Assembly: GCA_963812605.1 (NCBI GenBank)
Contig: CAWEWF010000004.1
Location: 256,001 to 320,000, forward strand
Length of the DNA: 64,000 nt
DNA from: an uncultured Verrucomicrobiae bacterium
GTDB lineage: Bacteria; Verrucomicrobiota; Verrucomicrobiia; Palsa-1439
Reading direction: 5' to 3'
A program made the translations under genes and the position numbers. Position 1 is the first letter of the stretch; each line of letters starts with the position of its first letter. Shown in pieces: positions 9,370 through 18,359 of this stretch. The notes beneath the pieces are model-generated. The model did no database searches. It saw only the letters and a list, made by a program, of their open reading frames with translations, and was not told the DNA's origin.

Positions 9370-10529
9370 TGGCGAAGGCCGACCACTATGTAGGACGCGA
9401 GCAAACGCTCGTTAAACACTTCATCTTGGAAAAGTATCTCGAACGCTTTGCACATATCGTCGGCAGCTTTTGGGACACGATCACCTACGTTGATTGTTTC
9501 TCCGGGCCGTGGAATGTCCGCTCCGAAAATCTGACCGACAGCTCGTTTTCCGTTGCGTTGCAGCAACTGCGCAACGCCCGCGACACACATAAGAGCAGAG
9601 GTAGGCATATTCGACTCCGCTGCTTTTTTCTGGAAAAGGATCGCACAGCTCACGCCAAACTGAAGGAGTTCGCTGATAAGATTAGGGACGTCGAGATTGA
9701 AACGCGAAACGCTTCACTCGAAGACTCCATCCCAGATGTCCTCGATTTCGCTAAAAGAGGTGGAGCACATTCGTTTCCGTTCATCTTCATTGATCCAACA
9801 GGTTGGACAGGTTTTGAAATGGTGGCAATCGCACCGCTCTTGCGACTGAACCCCGGCGAAGTCTTGATCAATTTTATGACGAGCCACGTTCGTCGTTTCA
9901 TTGATTCCCCACAGGAACAAACACAAGAAAGCTTTAAACGACTTTTCGGATCGGAGGTCTTCCGAGAGAGGATCCAGGGCCTGGCCCATCACGACCGGGA
10001 AGAAGCCGCAGTCTCCGAATACTCCAAGAACGTAAAGGATATCGGCAAGTTCAACCACGTTTGTACAGCGATTGTGCTCCACCCTGAAATCGACCGGAGC
10101 CATTTTCATCTGATTTACGCGACGCGAAATCCTAAGGGGATTGAAGTGTTTAAGGAGGCTGAGAAGAAGGCCATGCAACTTATGGAAGCCGCTCGAGCTG
10201 AAGCACGCACCAGAAGGCGCGAGCAACGAACTGGCCAACCCGACCTCTTTCCCGCCCAAGTCCTCAGCGATTCAAGCTACTACGATTCACTGCGGGATCG
10301 CCACCTTGCGAAGTCAAAAGATCTTGTATTGAAGGCCCTCAAGGAACGAAACCGTGTCCCGTACGACGAACTGTATGCACTAGCTCTCACAGAGTCTCTT
10401 ACCTGGGAAAGTGATTTGAAAGACTGGATCAACGAATGGAAGTCTGCGGGTAATCTGACGATTGAAGGGATGAGTTCGAAGCAGCGCGTGCCTCATCGAG
10501 GCGAAATAAATGTGCTCTCTTGGAGATAA
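9369..10529 (+). CDS. tcmP: Three-Cys-motif partner protein (TcmP family)
   Basis: TLVKHFILEKYL, YVDCFSGP, FIDPTGW and EVLINFM motifs; overlaps the DUF5131 stop (TAATG). Confidence 0.85.
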   Translation: MAKADHYVGREQTLVKHFILEKYLERFAHIVGSFWDTITYVDCFSGPWNVRSENLTDSSFSVALQQLRNARDTHKSRGRHIRLRCFFLEKDRTAHAKLKEFADKIRDVEIETRNASLEDSIPDVLDFAKRGGAHSFPFIFIDPTGWTGFEMVAIAPLLRLNPGEVLINFMTSHVRRFIDSPQEQTQESFKRLFGSEVFRERIQGLAHHDREEAAVSEYSKNVKDIGKFNHVCTAIVLHPEIDRSHFHLIYATRNPKGIEVFKEAEKKAMQLMEAARAEARTRRREQRTGQPDLFPAQVLSDSSYYDSLRDRHLAKSKDLVLKALKERNRVPYDELYALALTESLTWESDLKDWINEWKSAGNLTIEGMSSKQRVPHRGEINVLSWR

Positions 10530-10547
10530 TCGGCGCAGAGTTTACCG

Positions 10548-10729
10548 TTACCCATTCACATTCGGATAACTGCCGAGGATTTTGACGAACATCGTGTGCT
10601 TGGCCAATTCAGCCAGCGCTTTCTTCACGAGCGCGTCTTCGCAGTGGCCGAGGATGTCCACGAAGAAGTAATACTCCCATGCCTTCTTCTTGCTGGGACG
10701 CGACTCGATCTTGGTCATGTTGATTTTGA
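10548..10729 (-). pseudogene. pheA: Duplicated 3' end of pheA (last 60 codons of the ACT domain, including the stop)
   Basis: Aligns without gaps to 11535-11716; 13 differences in 60 codons, all synonymous. Confidence 0.93.
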
Positions 10730-10943
10730 GTTTTTACCGCAGACGACGGTGCGCCCAAGGGCCATCAGAATCGCGGTGTTAGAATACAGCCACCGACTAA
10801 TCCTGGACAAGGCATTTGCGAACAGGTTGACGGAAATCGCCATTCAATTCCCGGATGTCCACCAGACGCCCCACCCCTCCATACAACCAACCCACCGCCG
10901 CCTCGTAGTTCCCCTGCTCTTCCAGCCCAATTTCCAGTCCCGG

Positions 10944-11231
10944 TTTATAGATAGTGCTATCCATAAATCTCACAACTTGCGCCAGCCAGCCGACCATGGG
11001 GATCGTGTTCACTAGGCTGGTGTTGGCTTGAAAGTTCGTTGACTCTGGTTACCCTCATGATTTCGTGTTATTTTTTCACCCTTGTGATTTATGGATAGTG
11101 CTATCCATAACCTCATGCATGAACCGGCCGGCGCTGTTTTGATGTCCGCGACACCGCCCCTGCCGAACGATTTATCCCGATACCGCCGCCATTTCTTCGT
11201 TCTTGCGATTTATGGATAGTGCTATCTATAA
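10944..11231. promoter_or_regulatory. Three copies of a 22-bp palindrome TTATRGATAG-TG-CTATCYATAA
   Basis: Copies at about 10945-10966, 11089-11110 and 11210-11231; the third overlaps TATAAT upstream of the HTH gene. Confidence 0.8.
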
Positions 11232-11286
11232 TTGCGGCAGGGAGTGAAGGCGCTGGATTTGTGTTTCACCCACTGAAAGAATTGCG

Positions 11287-11499
11287 ATGAGCCGGAAGAA
11301 ATTATTGCCGCCGCGTGATCCGCTTTGTCGGGAATTGTATGCGAAACGGGCGGGGCGAACCTTGCCACAATTGCGCCGGGCCCTCGCAACCCTCGGGTGT
11401 TCCGTGTCGGAAATTACCGTGAAACAATGGTTACGCGGTCGCCATCGCCCCGGGCGATTTACCCGCCCGCTGCTCACCAAGGCGCTGAAGAAACTATAG
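11287..11499 (+). CDS. Small HTH-like (XRE/Cro-like) DNA-binding protein
   Basis: 70 aa, basic; TLPQLRRALATLGCSVSEITVKQWLRGRHRP fits an HTH pattern. Confidence 0.6.
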   Translation: MSRKKLLPPRDPLCRELYAKRAGRTLPQLRRALATLGCSVSEITVKQWLRGRHRPGRFTRPLLTKALKKL

Positions 11500-11534
11500 T
11501 AGCGAGCAAGAAACTTCCGTCATGACGGCAGACC

Positions 11535-12605
11535 TTACCCATTCACGTTCGGATAACTGCCAAGGATTTTCACGAACATCGTGTGTTTCGCCAATTCGGC
11601 GAGCGCTTTCTTTACCAGCGCGTCTTCGCAATGGCCGAGGATGTCCACGAAGAAGTAATACTCCCACGCCTTCTTTTTGCTGGGACGCGACTCGATCTTG
11701 GTCATGTTGATCTTGAATTTCTTGAAGGATGCGATGGAATCGTGCAGCGCGCCGACGTGGTCCTGCACCGAGAACATAATGGACGTTTTGTCGTTGCCCG
11801 TACGCCCAGGATACTTGCGCCCGATGACGAGGAAGCGCGTCACGTTCTCGCTCGAATCCTGGATGTTGGCCTCGAGGATCGTCAGCCCGTACATCTCGGC
11901 GGCGAGCGAACTCGCCAACGCGCCCGCGTTCGGTTCCGTCTTCGCAATCTGCGCCGCGCGGGTGCTGCTCGACGTTTCAATCAACTCAACGTGCGACATA
12001 TTGAGCTGCAGCCACTGGCGACATTGTGCCAGCACTTGCGGAATTGAATAAATTTTCTTGATCCGGTCACGCGCGACGGCGGCCATCAGGTTGTGGCGGA
12101 TGGGCAGCACGATCTGCGCGCAAATCTTCAGCTCGCTGTCGAGGAACATGTCATACGTATGCGTGACCGCGCCTTCCGTGGAGTTTTCAATCGGCACGAC
12201 ACCGTAGTCGGCGCGGCCTTTCGATACTTCCACGAAAACGTCGGTGATACTTGGCAACGGCTCGTATTTCAGGCTCGACCCGAATTTCTTGATCACGGCG
12301 AGGTGCGAATATGACGCTTCGGGGCCGAGATAGGCGATCACCAACGCCTTCTCGAGCGCCAGCGACGCGGACATGACCTCGCGGTAGATGGCGCGCAACG
12401 AATCGGCGGGCAGTGGCCCTTCCCCCTTTTCCACGATCCGGCGCAGCACCGCGTCCTCGCGGTCGGGCGCATAGATTTCCCCGCCCGACGTGTGCTTGAT
12501 CTTGCCGATTTCGAGCACGAGCTTCGTCCGCTCGTTCAACAAGCGGACCAGCTTCGAGTCGAGCTCGTCAATTTTACTGCGCAGCGGCTGGAGTTTGTCC
12601 TTCAT
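11535..12605 (-). CDS. pheA: Chorismate mutase / prephenate dehydratase
   Basis: LRSKIDELD CM domain, YLGPEASYS, VPIENSTEG, NVTRFLVI and KIESRPS motifs. Confidence 0.97.
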   Translation of the reverse strand: MKDKLQPLRSKIDELDSKLVRLLNERTKLVLEIGKIKHTSGGEIYAPDREDAVLRRIVEKGEGPLPADSLRAIYREVMSASLALEKALVIAYLGPEASYSHLAVIKKFGSSLKYEPLPSITDVFVEVSKGRADYGVVPIENSTEGAVTHTYDMFLDSELKICAQIVLPIRHNLMAAVARDRIKKIYSIPQVLAQCRQWLQLNMSHVELIETSSSTRAAQIAKTEPNAGALASSLAAEMYGLTILEANIQDSSENVTRFLVIGRKYPGRTGNDKTSIMFSVQDHVGALHDSIASFKKFKINMTKIESRPSKKKAWEYYFFVDILGHCEDALVKKALAELAKHTMFVKILGSYPNVNG

Positions 12606-13260
12606 TCTGGTGCTCTGGTGGCGCAAGCGTCCCTGCCTGCGTCTTTTCTTCTGTCGCCCCTTCCGCCTTCGGCTCGGGCGTTTTCAACTTGGCGGCCTGC
12701 AGGCGCAACTCGGCCGCCTTGGGCATGTCATCCAGGTCGCGCAGGCCGAAGTGTTCGAGAAATTTCTGGGTGGTGCCGTACTGCATCGGGTGACCCGGCG
12801 CGTCGCTTTTGCCGGTAACGGTAATCAGGTCGCGTTCCAGCAACGTCCGGATAACGCCATCGACTTCCACGCCGCGGATCGCCGCAATATCGGCCCGGCA
12901 AATCGGCTGTCGGAGCGCGATAATGGAAAGTGTTTCGAGCGAAGGCGGGGACAAGCGGTGCGGGCGGGCTTCATCCAACAACTTCTTCAACCAGGGCGCG
13001 TATTCCGATCGGCTCACGATGCGCCAGCCGCCGGCGATTTCCACCAACTGGAAACTGCGCTGCTGCAAGTCGTATTCCGCTTTGAGTTCGTCGAGTGCCG
13101 CCACGATTTGCGCCTCACGGCAGTTGCGGAACGGCTCCGTCATGCCGGCGTGCTCCTCGTCCGTCGCCTCGGCGAAAATCGTGCGAATTTCCTTCGGCGA
13201 GAGCGGTCGCTCCGCCGAGAACATCAACGCCTCCACAATCTTTTTCAGTTCCAATGTCAT
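12574..13260 (-). CDS. scpB: SMC-Scp complex subunit ScpB
   Basis: VEALMF, LETLSIIALRQPI, IRGV and YGTTQKFLEHFGL motifs. Confidence 0.95.
   Translation of the reverse strand: MTLELKKIVEALMFSAERPLSPKEIRTIFAEATDEEHAGMTEPFRNCREAQIVAALDELKAEYDLQQRSFQLVEIAGGWRIVSRSEYAPWLKKLLDEARPHRLSPPSLETLSIIALRQPICRADIAAIRGVEVDGVIRTLLERDLITVTGKSDAPGHPMQYGTTQKFLEHFGLRDLDDMPKAAELRLQAAKLKTPEPKAEGATEEKTQAGTLAPPEHQNEGQTPAAAQ
12616..12641. repeat. REP-like palindrome (GTGG family) in the scpB 3' end
   Basis: TGGTGGCGCAAGCGTCCCTGCCTGCG, encoding QAGTLAPP. Confidence 0.85.
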
Positions 13261-13268
13261 CGTTTTTC

Positions 13269-13335
13269 GTAGAACGGGCGTCCCGCCCGTTTATATTCCT
13301 GTTGCACGGCTGAACGGGCGAGACGCCCGTTCTAC
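13269..13335. repeat. GTAG-type REP doublet between scpA and scpB
   Basis: GTAGAACGGGCGTCCCGCCCGTT ... AACGGGCGAGACGCCCGTTCTAC inverted pair. Confidence 0.85.
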
Positions 13336-14063
13336 TATGCCACTTTAATTACCCGTATCTCCCCAAAAGCCTCGGCCTGTTGCACCTTCAGCCGTTTCAT
13401 CCGAATCAATTCCAGCAACGCCAAAAATGTCACCACCACTTCCGCCCGCGATCCGGCGTTGGCAAACAGCTCGCTGAAAATCATCTCCGACCGGTCCCGC
13501 AGAGTATAAAGGATTTCCTCAATTTTGTCGCTAACCGTGAATCGTTCCTCCAGGATCTCATGAAAGTCCTCCCGCGCCGTGGCCTTCTTCAACACATCGT
13601 TAAACGCATTGATCAGGTCGAAAATACTGACCTCCGCCAGCGGCACGTTCTTGTCCGCCTCGATCCCCGCATCGGGACCCTGGCGCGGAAAAATGTTGGC
13701 CTGCTCCTCTTCGCGCTTGCTGAGTTGCGCGGCCGCGTCCTTGAACTTCTTGTACTCGACCAATTGGCGGATCAATTCCCACCGTGGGTCTTCCCCCTCT
13801 TCGGCCTCCGCGTCCGTGACCTGCTGGTCGACCGGCAGCAACATGCGGCTTTTGATGTACATCAGCGTGGCTGCCATCACGAGGAATTCACCCGCCACTT
13901 CCAGATTGAGCATCTGCATCAGGCCCAGGTATTCCATGTACTGGTTCGTGATCCGCTCAATGGGAATATCGTAGATATCGACTTCCTCTTTCTTGATGAG
14001 GTACAGCAACAAATCCAGCGGGCCCTCGAAGACCTCCAATTTTACTTTGTAATCCGCTTCCAT
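13335..14063 (-). CDS. scpA: Segregation and condensation protein A
   Basis: FEGPLDLLLYLIKKEEVDIYDIPI and TFLALLEL motifs. Confidence 0.96.
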   Translation of the reverse strand: MEADYKVKLEVFEGPLDLLLYLIKKEEVDIYDIPIERITNQYMEYLGLMQMLNLEVAGEFLVMAATLMYIKSRMLLPVDQQVTDAEAEEGEDPRWELIRQLVEYKKFKDAAAQLSKREEEQANIFPRQGPDAGIEADKNVPLAEVSIFDLINAFNDVLKKATAREDFHEILEERFTVSDKIEEILYTLRDRSEMIFSELFANAGSRAEVVVTFLALLELIRMKRLKVQQAEAFGEIRVIKVA

Positions 14064-15326
14064 TCAGGAAATCTTCTCGTTCGCCTCCGTGGCCAGCAAA
14101 TCGTCCACTGTCTCCCGCCGCGAAAACATCGTCACCGACCCGTCCTCCTCCAGCATCAACTGCGGCGCGCGCCCCAATGAATTGTAATTCGAACTCATGG
14201 CGTATCCGTAGGCCCCCACGTCGTGCAGGAGCAGCAGATCGCCGACGCGCGGCGTCGGCAAGCGGCGCGGGACCAGCAGTTCGTGCCCGTCGCGCGTGAA
14301 GATATCGCCCGACTCGCACAGCGGCCCGGCCACCACCACGTCGGTCATTCCATCGCGCTCATGACGCCCGGCAATGGTGATGCGGTGGAACGACCCGTAC
14401 ATCGCGGGCCGCAATAGGTCGGTGAAACCCGCGTCCACCATCACAAACGTTTCCCCGTTGCCGCGCTCATTCGTTTCCGTCCGCTTCACATCGGTCACGC
14501 GCGCAACCAGCGTCACCGCGGGCGCGACGAGATAACGTCCAGGCTCGATCTCCAACCGCACGTCGCGTTCCGCCGCGCTGCAAAAACTGGCCCGCGCCTC
14601 TTCCAATACCGACCGCAGCGGTTCCAGCGCAGGCTGATCGTTCGCATTCCGGTAATTGTGCGGAATGCCGCCGCCCAGGCTGACCGCGGTCAGCTTCGGG
14701 AATTGCGGGATGAACTCGACAAATTCTTTCGCCAGCCGCTGCATGTTGTCCAGCAACTCCGGGAACTTCGGCCCGCTGCCGATGTGCGCGTGCAGCATGG
14801 TGACCGACATGCCAAATCTTTCCGCCCGGATGGCCACGTCGCCGATGTCATTGAACCAGATTCCGTGCTTGGAACTCGGTCCGCCCGTGTCGCAGGCGTT
14901 GACATGACCATGACCGAAACCGGGATTGACCCGCAGCGAAATCGGCCCCTCATATCCCGCGTCCCGCAATTCGTTCAACATCCCCGGCGAACCAAGGTTC
15001 GGCATCACACCGTGCTCGCGCAGGATCGCGATGGCCCCATCGCGAAACACGTCGCTCGTGTACAGGATCGACGAACCCGGAAAACCCGCGCGGCGTGCCC
15101 GCAAGACCTCGTTGCCCGAGACCGCGTCAATCCAGATGCCGGCCTCCAGCATCTCCTTCAAGATTCGTGTCGCGGGACACGCTTTCATGGCGTAGCGCGC
15201 CTGCAATCCCTCGCCTTCGGTGAGAAGCTTGATGGCGGCAATCCGCTCGTGCAACAAGGCGGCGTCGCAGATCCAAAACGGCGTGCCGACCTTCTCCGCT
15301 AACGGTTGGAGGATGTCGGCATTCAT
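14064..15326 (-). CDS. lysA: Diaminopimelate decarboxylase
   Basis: YAMKA, RVNPG, SKHGI, HIGSG, EPGRYLVA, GPLCESGD and GAYGYAMSSNYN motifs. Confidence 0.95.
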   Translation of the reverse strand: MNADILQPLAEKVGTPFWICDAALLHERIAAIKLLTEGEGLQARYAMKACPATRILKEMLEAGIWIDAVSGNEVLRARRAGFPGSSILYTSDVFRDGAIAILREHGVMPNLGSPGMLNELRDAGYEGPISLRVNPGFGHGHVNACDTGGPSSKHGIWFNDIGDVAIRAERFGMSVTMLHAHIGSGPKFPELLDNMQRLAKEFVEFIPQFPKLTAVSLGGGIPHNYRNANDQPALEPLRSVLEEARASFCSAAERDVRLEIEPGRYLVAPAVTLVARVTDVKRTETNERGNGETFVMVDAGFTDLLRPAMYGSFHRITIAGRHERDGMTDVVVAGPLCESGDIFTRDGHELLVPRRLPTPRVGDLLLLHDVGAYGYAMSSNYNSLGRAPQLMLEEDGSVTMFSRRETVDDLLATEANEKIS

Positions 15327-16288
15327 CGTAGCCCCACGGCGTCGCGCACCCGCTCCATGGTTTCGTTCGCGACGGCGTTGGCGCGTTCCGCGCCTTTGCG
15401 CAACGTCTCATGGACATAATCCAGATTCTTCACGAGTTCCTCGCGTTTCTTGCGGAATGGCGCAAAATAATCTGTCAACGTCCCCAATAGTTCCTTCTTC
15501 GCGTCACCATACCCAAAGCCGCCGGCGGCCAGTTTCGCCTGCAATTCTTGCGCTTTGGCGGGAGTGGCGACCAGCCTGTAAAGTTGCAAGGGGACGTTCT
15601 TATCGAGATCCGTCTTGGGCGCCTCAACCGGCTGCGAGTCAGTGACGACGCTCATCACTTTTTTCCGCGTTGCCTTCTCGTCGCCAAAAATCTCGATCGT
15701 ATTGTTGTAGCTCTTCGACATCTTGCGACCATCGATCCCCGGCAGCGTCGCCACATCCGGCTGAATGTCCGCCTCGGGTATGACAAAGACTTCGCCGTAC
15801 TGGCGGTTGAAGGTGCCGGCGATGTCGCGCGCAATTTCGAGGTGCTGCTTCTGGTCTTTGCCGACGGGCACCCGTTCACCTTGCACGATGAGAATGTCCG
15901 CAGCCATGAGCACGGGATACGTGAAAAGACCACCATTTGGCTTGTGGCCCTGCGCGATGGCGTCCTTGTAAGCATGCGCGTTCTCCAGCATCGGCACTGG
16001 CGTGAGGTTGAGCAGGATGGAGGTCAACTCCGTCACCTGCGGCACGTCGCTTTGGCGGTAGAACACCGTTTTGGATGGATCCAGGCCACACGCCAAAAAG
16101 TCCAACGCGATATCCAGCGAGTTCTCGCGCAATTCCGCGGCCTTGTTGATCGTCGTCAGCGCATGGTAATCGGCGATGAAATAAAACGCCTCGCCCTTCT
16201 GCGCCAGTTCGAGCGCCGGGCGCATCATGCCGAAGTAATTGCCAATGTGTAACTTACCGCTTGGCTTAATGCCGGATAGAATTCGCAT
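15323..16288 (-). CDS. trpS: Tryptophan--tRNA ligase
   Basis: SGIKPSGKLHIGNY, YPVLMAADIL, VPVGKDQ and KMSKS motifs. Confidence 0.97.
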   Translation of the reverse strand: MRILSGIKPSGKLHIGNYFGMMRPALELAQKGEAFYFIADYHALTTINKAAELRENSLDIALDFLACGLDPSKTVFYRQSDVPQVTELTSILLNLTPVPMLENAHAYKDAIAQGHKPNGGLFTYPVLMAADILIVQGERVPVGKDQKQHLEIARDIAGTFNRQYGEVFVIPEADIQPDVATLPGIDGRKMSKSYNNTIEIFGDEKATRKKVMSVVTDSQPVEAPKTDLDKNVPLQLYRLVATPAKAQELQAKLAAGGFGYGDAKKELLGTLTDYFAPFRKKREELVKNLDYVHETLRKGAERANAVANETMERVRDAVGLR

Positions 16289-16352
16289 GGCTCGTGCACC
16301 ATACGAAATGCGCGGCAGGCGTTGCGAGGAAAAAATCAGCGTGGCGCGGCGG

Positions 16353-17099
16353 TCAGTACTTGTACACGAGCGCGCTGATGAGCGTGATGTCGTTTTCCTT
16401 ACGACCCCCGGCTGGCATGCTGTTGAATTTATCCGCCGCGACAATGCGGAGACTCAAGCGCGTGTTCAGCGCCGCTTCCGCGCCGACTTCTGAATTCACG
16501 AGGTAGTTGTTGAAATCATCCACCTGGGGCAGGTAATCAACCTGTTCCCAGATCTTTGATCCCTTGTTAAGGGCGTGCTCGGCGCGCTCCGTCACGCGCA
16601 TTGTCACGTAACTCTTGTTCTCACCGCCCAATCGTTCGGTGATAAACGAAGGGCCAATTTCACCGTTCACTTTTGTCGAGTCGCTCTTGATAAAGTAGTA
16701 GCCAATCGCTGGACCGACGATCAACCGATAGCGGACCGCGGCGATATCGTCGTGCGTTCCATCCACATTCAAATCCCCGTAGAATCGATCTGTGATAAGC
16801 CGCTTGTAATCAGCGAATCCATGGATGCTGTTGGCCGACTGCGTCTGGTTGCTCTGGCCCCAGTTGTTAAGTCCGTACTGGCCATCGGCGCCGAATTTTA
16901 ATTCGTTCTGCTCCCAGGCGCGTTGCGCCAACGCGCTGGCGTTCATCAGAAACGTATTCGCGTTGCCCCTCGCCAGTGACAAGCCGAACGCCACGTTGCC
17001 GTTCCAATTCGTATTCGGAGCGTCGGCGGCTTTGGCGCCCCGAGCCCAAGTCATGACCAGCAACGCAGAACAACCGATAGTCAAAACCTTCATTTTCAT
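16353..17099 (-). CDS. DUF481/YdiY-like outer-membrane beta-barrel
   Basis: Signal peptide, WNGNVAFGLSLARGN, alternating beta strands, C-terminal aromatic residue (LVYKY). Confidence 0.8.
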   Translation of the reverse strand: MKMKVLTIGCSALLVMTWARGAKAADAPNTNWNGNVAFGLSLARGNANTFLMNASALAQRAWEQNELKFGADGQYGLNNWGQSNQTQSANSIHGFADYKRLITDRFYGDLNVDGTHDDIAAVRYRLIVGPAIGYYFIKSDSTKVNGEIGPSFITERLGGENKSYVTMRVTERAEHALNKGSKIWEQVDYLPQVDDFNNYLVNSEVGAEAALNTRLSLRIVAADKFNSMPAGGRKENDITLISALVYKY

Positions 17100-17174
17100 G
17101 TGTGTAATCTCCATTCAGTTTGCGGGGGAAACGGCGCACACAATGCCGTAGAATTGCGACGGGGGTCAAGCGTT

Positions 17175-18359
17175 TTAGTGAGGCTGAAGCAGACTGGTGC
17201 CGAGCGATTCAATCTTCTGCGCGGCGGCGGCTGGCGTGATCTGCCCAAGGGCCACGGCATCAGTCGTTTCAAAGAATGCTTTCTGATTGAACTCGTCCCA
17301 GAAGACGTAGCCCCACGGGTTGTCGAGATGGGAGTACTTCAATGCTGCCATCATCGCCGGCGGAAATTGGGCCGAGGCGCCGGCGATTTTCAACGCGGGG
17401 ATTGCGTTGCGGCTCTTCGCGGCGATTTTCGCGCCTTCGGTGGAATAGAACCGCGCGAACTCCCACGCTTCCTGCGGGTGCTTTGTGCCGCTCCATACGC
17501 AATTGCCGCCGACGGACAACCGCGACCAGCGTAACTTTTCCTTCGGCACGGGCGCCACATCCCAGCGAAAATTCGCGATGTGATCAAACTCCGTCAGCAT
17601 ATACGTGCGTCCCACGAGCACCGGGATTTTCCCGTCGCGGAATAGATTCACGCCGTCAAACGCCTCCACCTCGCCCATCGCCGCCGTCGTCGGCGCGACG
17701 CCGCGCGCCACCAGCTCGCGGTAGAATTGGAGCGCGGCAATTGTCTCAGTTGAGTTCACCGTACACCGTCCCCCGGCAAAAAGCACCCCGCCGAACGATT
17801 GCACCAGGAGGAGCGGTCGCGGCAATACGGTCGGTATCCGCGCCTGTCGTTGCGCGGCCAGGCGGAGTGCGACTTCGGCAAACTTTTCCCAGGTCCACGA
17901 TTCGTCTGGAGCGGACTCTCCCGCCTTCTCAAACCAGTCGCGGTTGTAAAAAAGAATGTCGGTGCTGTAGTGGAACGGAACCATGTACAATTTGCCGTTG
18001 ATGCGACAGGATTCGACGACTTCGGGATAGAATTGGTCCGCCAGGGACGAAAACTTTTCCGTCAGGTCGGCAACCTGGCCCCGCTGCGCCAGTGCGGGAA
18101 GTCGATCCACCACGTAGTAGAACAAATCGGGCGCCGCTCCGCCCGCCAGTTGCACGTTCAGCTTCTGAAACTTGGATGTGTCATAGATCACCCGCACACG
18201 GATTTGCGGATGCGATTTTTCGAATTCCGCAATGATCTGTTGATGGAGCGCTTGCTGCTCGGGCAGCGTCTCAATGGTTTGGTAGGTGATTTCGACCCGG
18301 TTGTCGCCCGGCTTCACGCAGCCAGCCAAGAGCAGCAAGCCGATCAACCACCTTCTCAT
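17175..18359 (-). CDS. Sugar ABC transporter substrate-binding lipoprotein
   Basis: Lipobox LLAGC; APDLF, LFYNRDWF and WTWE motifs. Confidence 0.9.
   Translation of the reverse strand: MRRWLIGLLLLAGCVKPGDNRVEITYQTIETLPEQQALHQQIIAEFEKSHPQIRVRVIYDTSKFQKLNVQLAGGAAPDLFYYVVDRLPALAQRGQVADLTEKFSSLADQFYPEVVESCRINGKLYMVPFHYSTDILFYNRDWFEKAGESAPDESWTWEKFAEVALRLAAQRQARIPTVLPRPLLLVQSFGGVLFAGGRCTVNSTETIAALQFYRELVARGVAPTTAAMGEVEAFDGVNLFRDGKIPVLVGRTYMLTEFDHIANFRWDVAPVPKEKLRWSRLSVGGNCVWSGTKHPQEAWEFARFYSTEGAKIAAKSRNAIPALKIAGASAQFPPAMMAALKYSHLDNPWGYVFWDEFNQKAFFETTDAVALGQITPAAAAQKIESLGTSLLQPH

Noticed and set aside
10944-11231. Three palindromes as a mini-CRISPR array
   Set aside because: The spacers are about 100-120 bp and unequal, the repeats are short near-perfect palindromes, and there are no cas genes; operators or recombination sites fit better.
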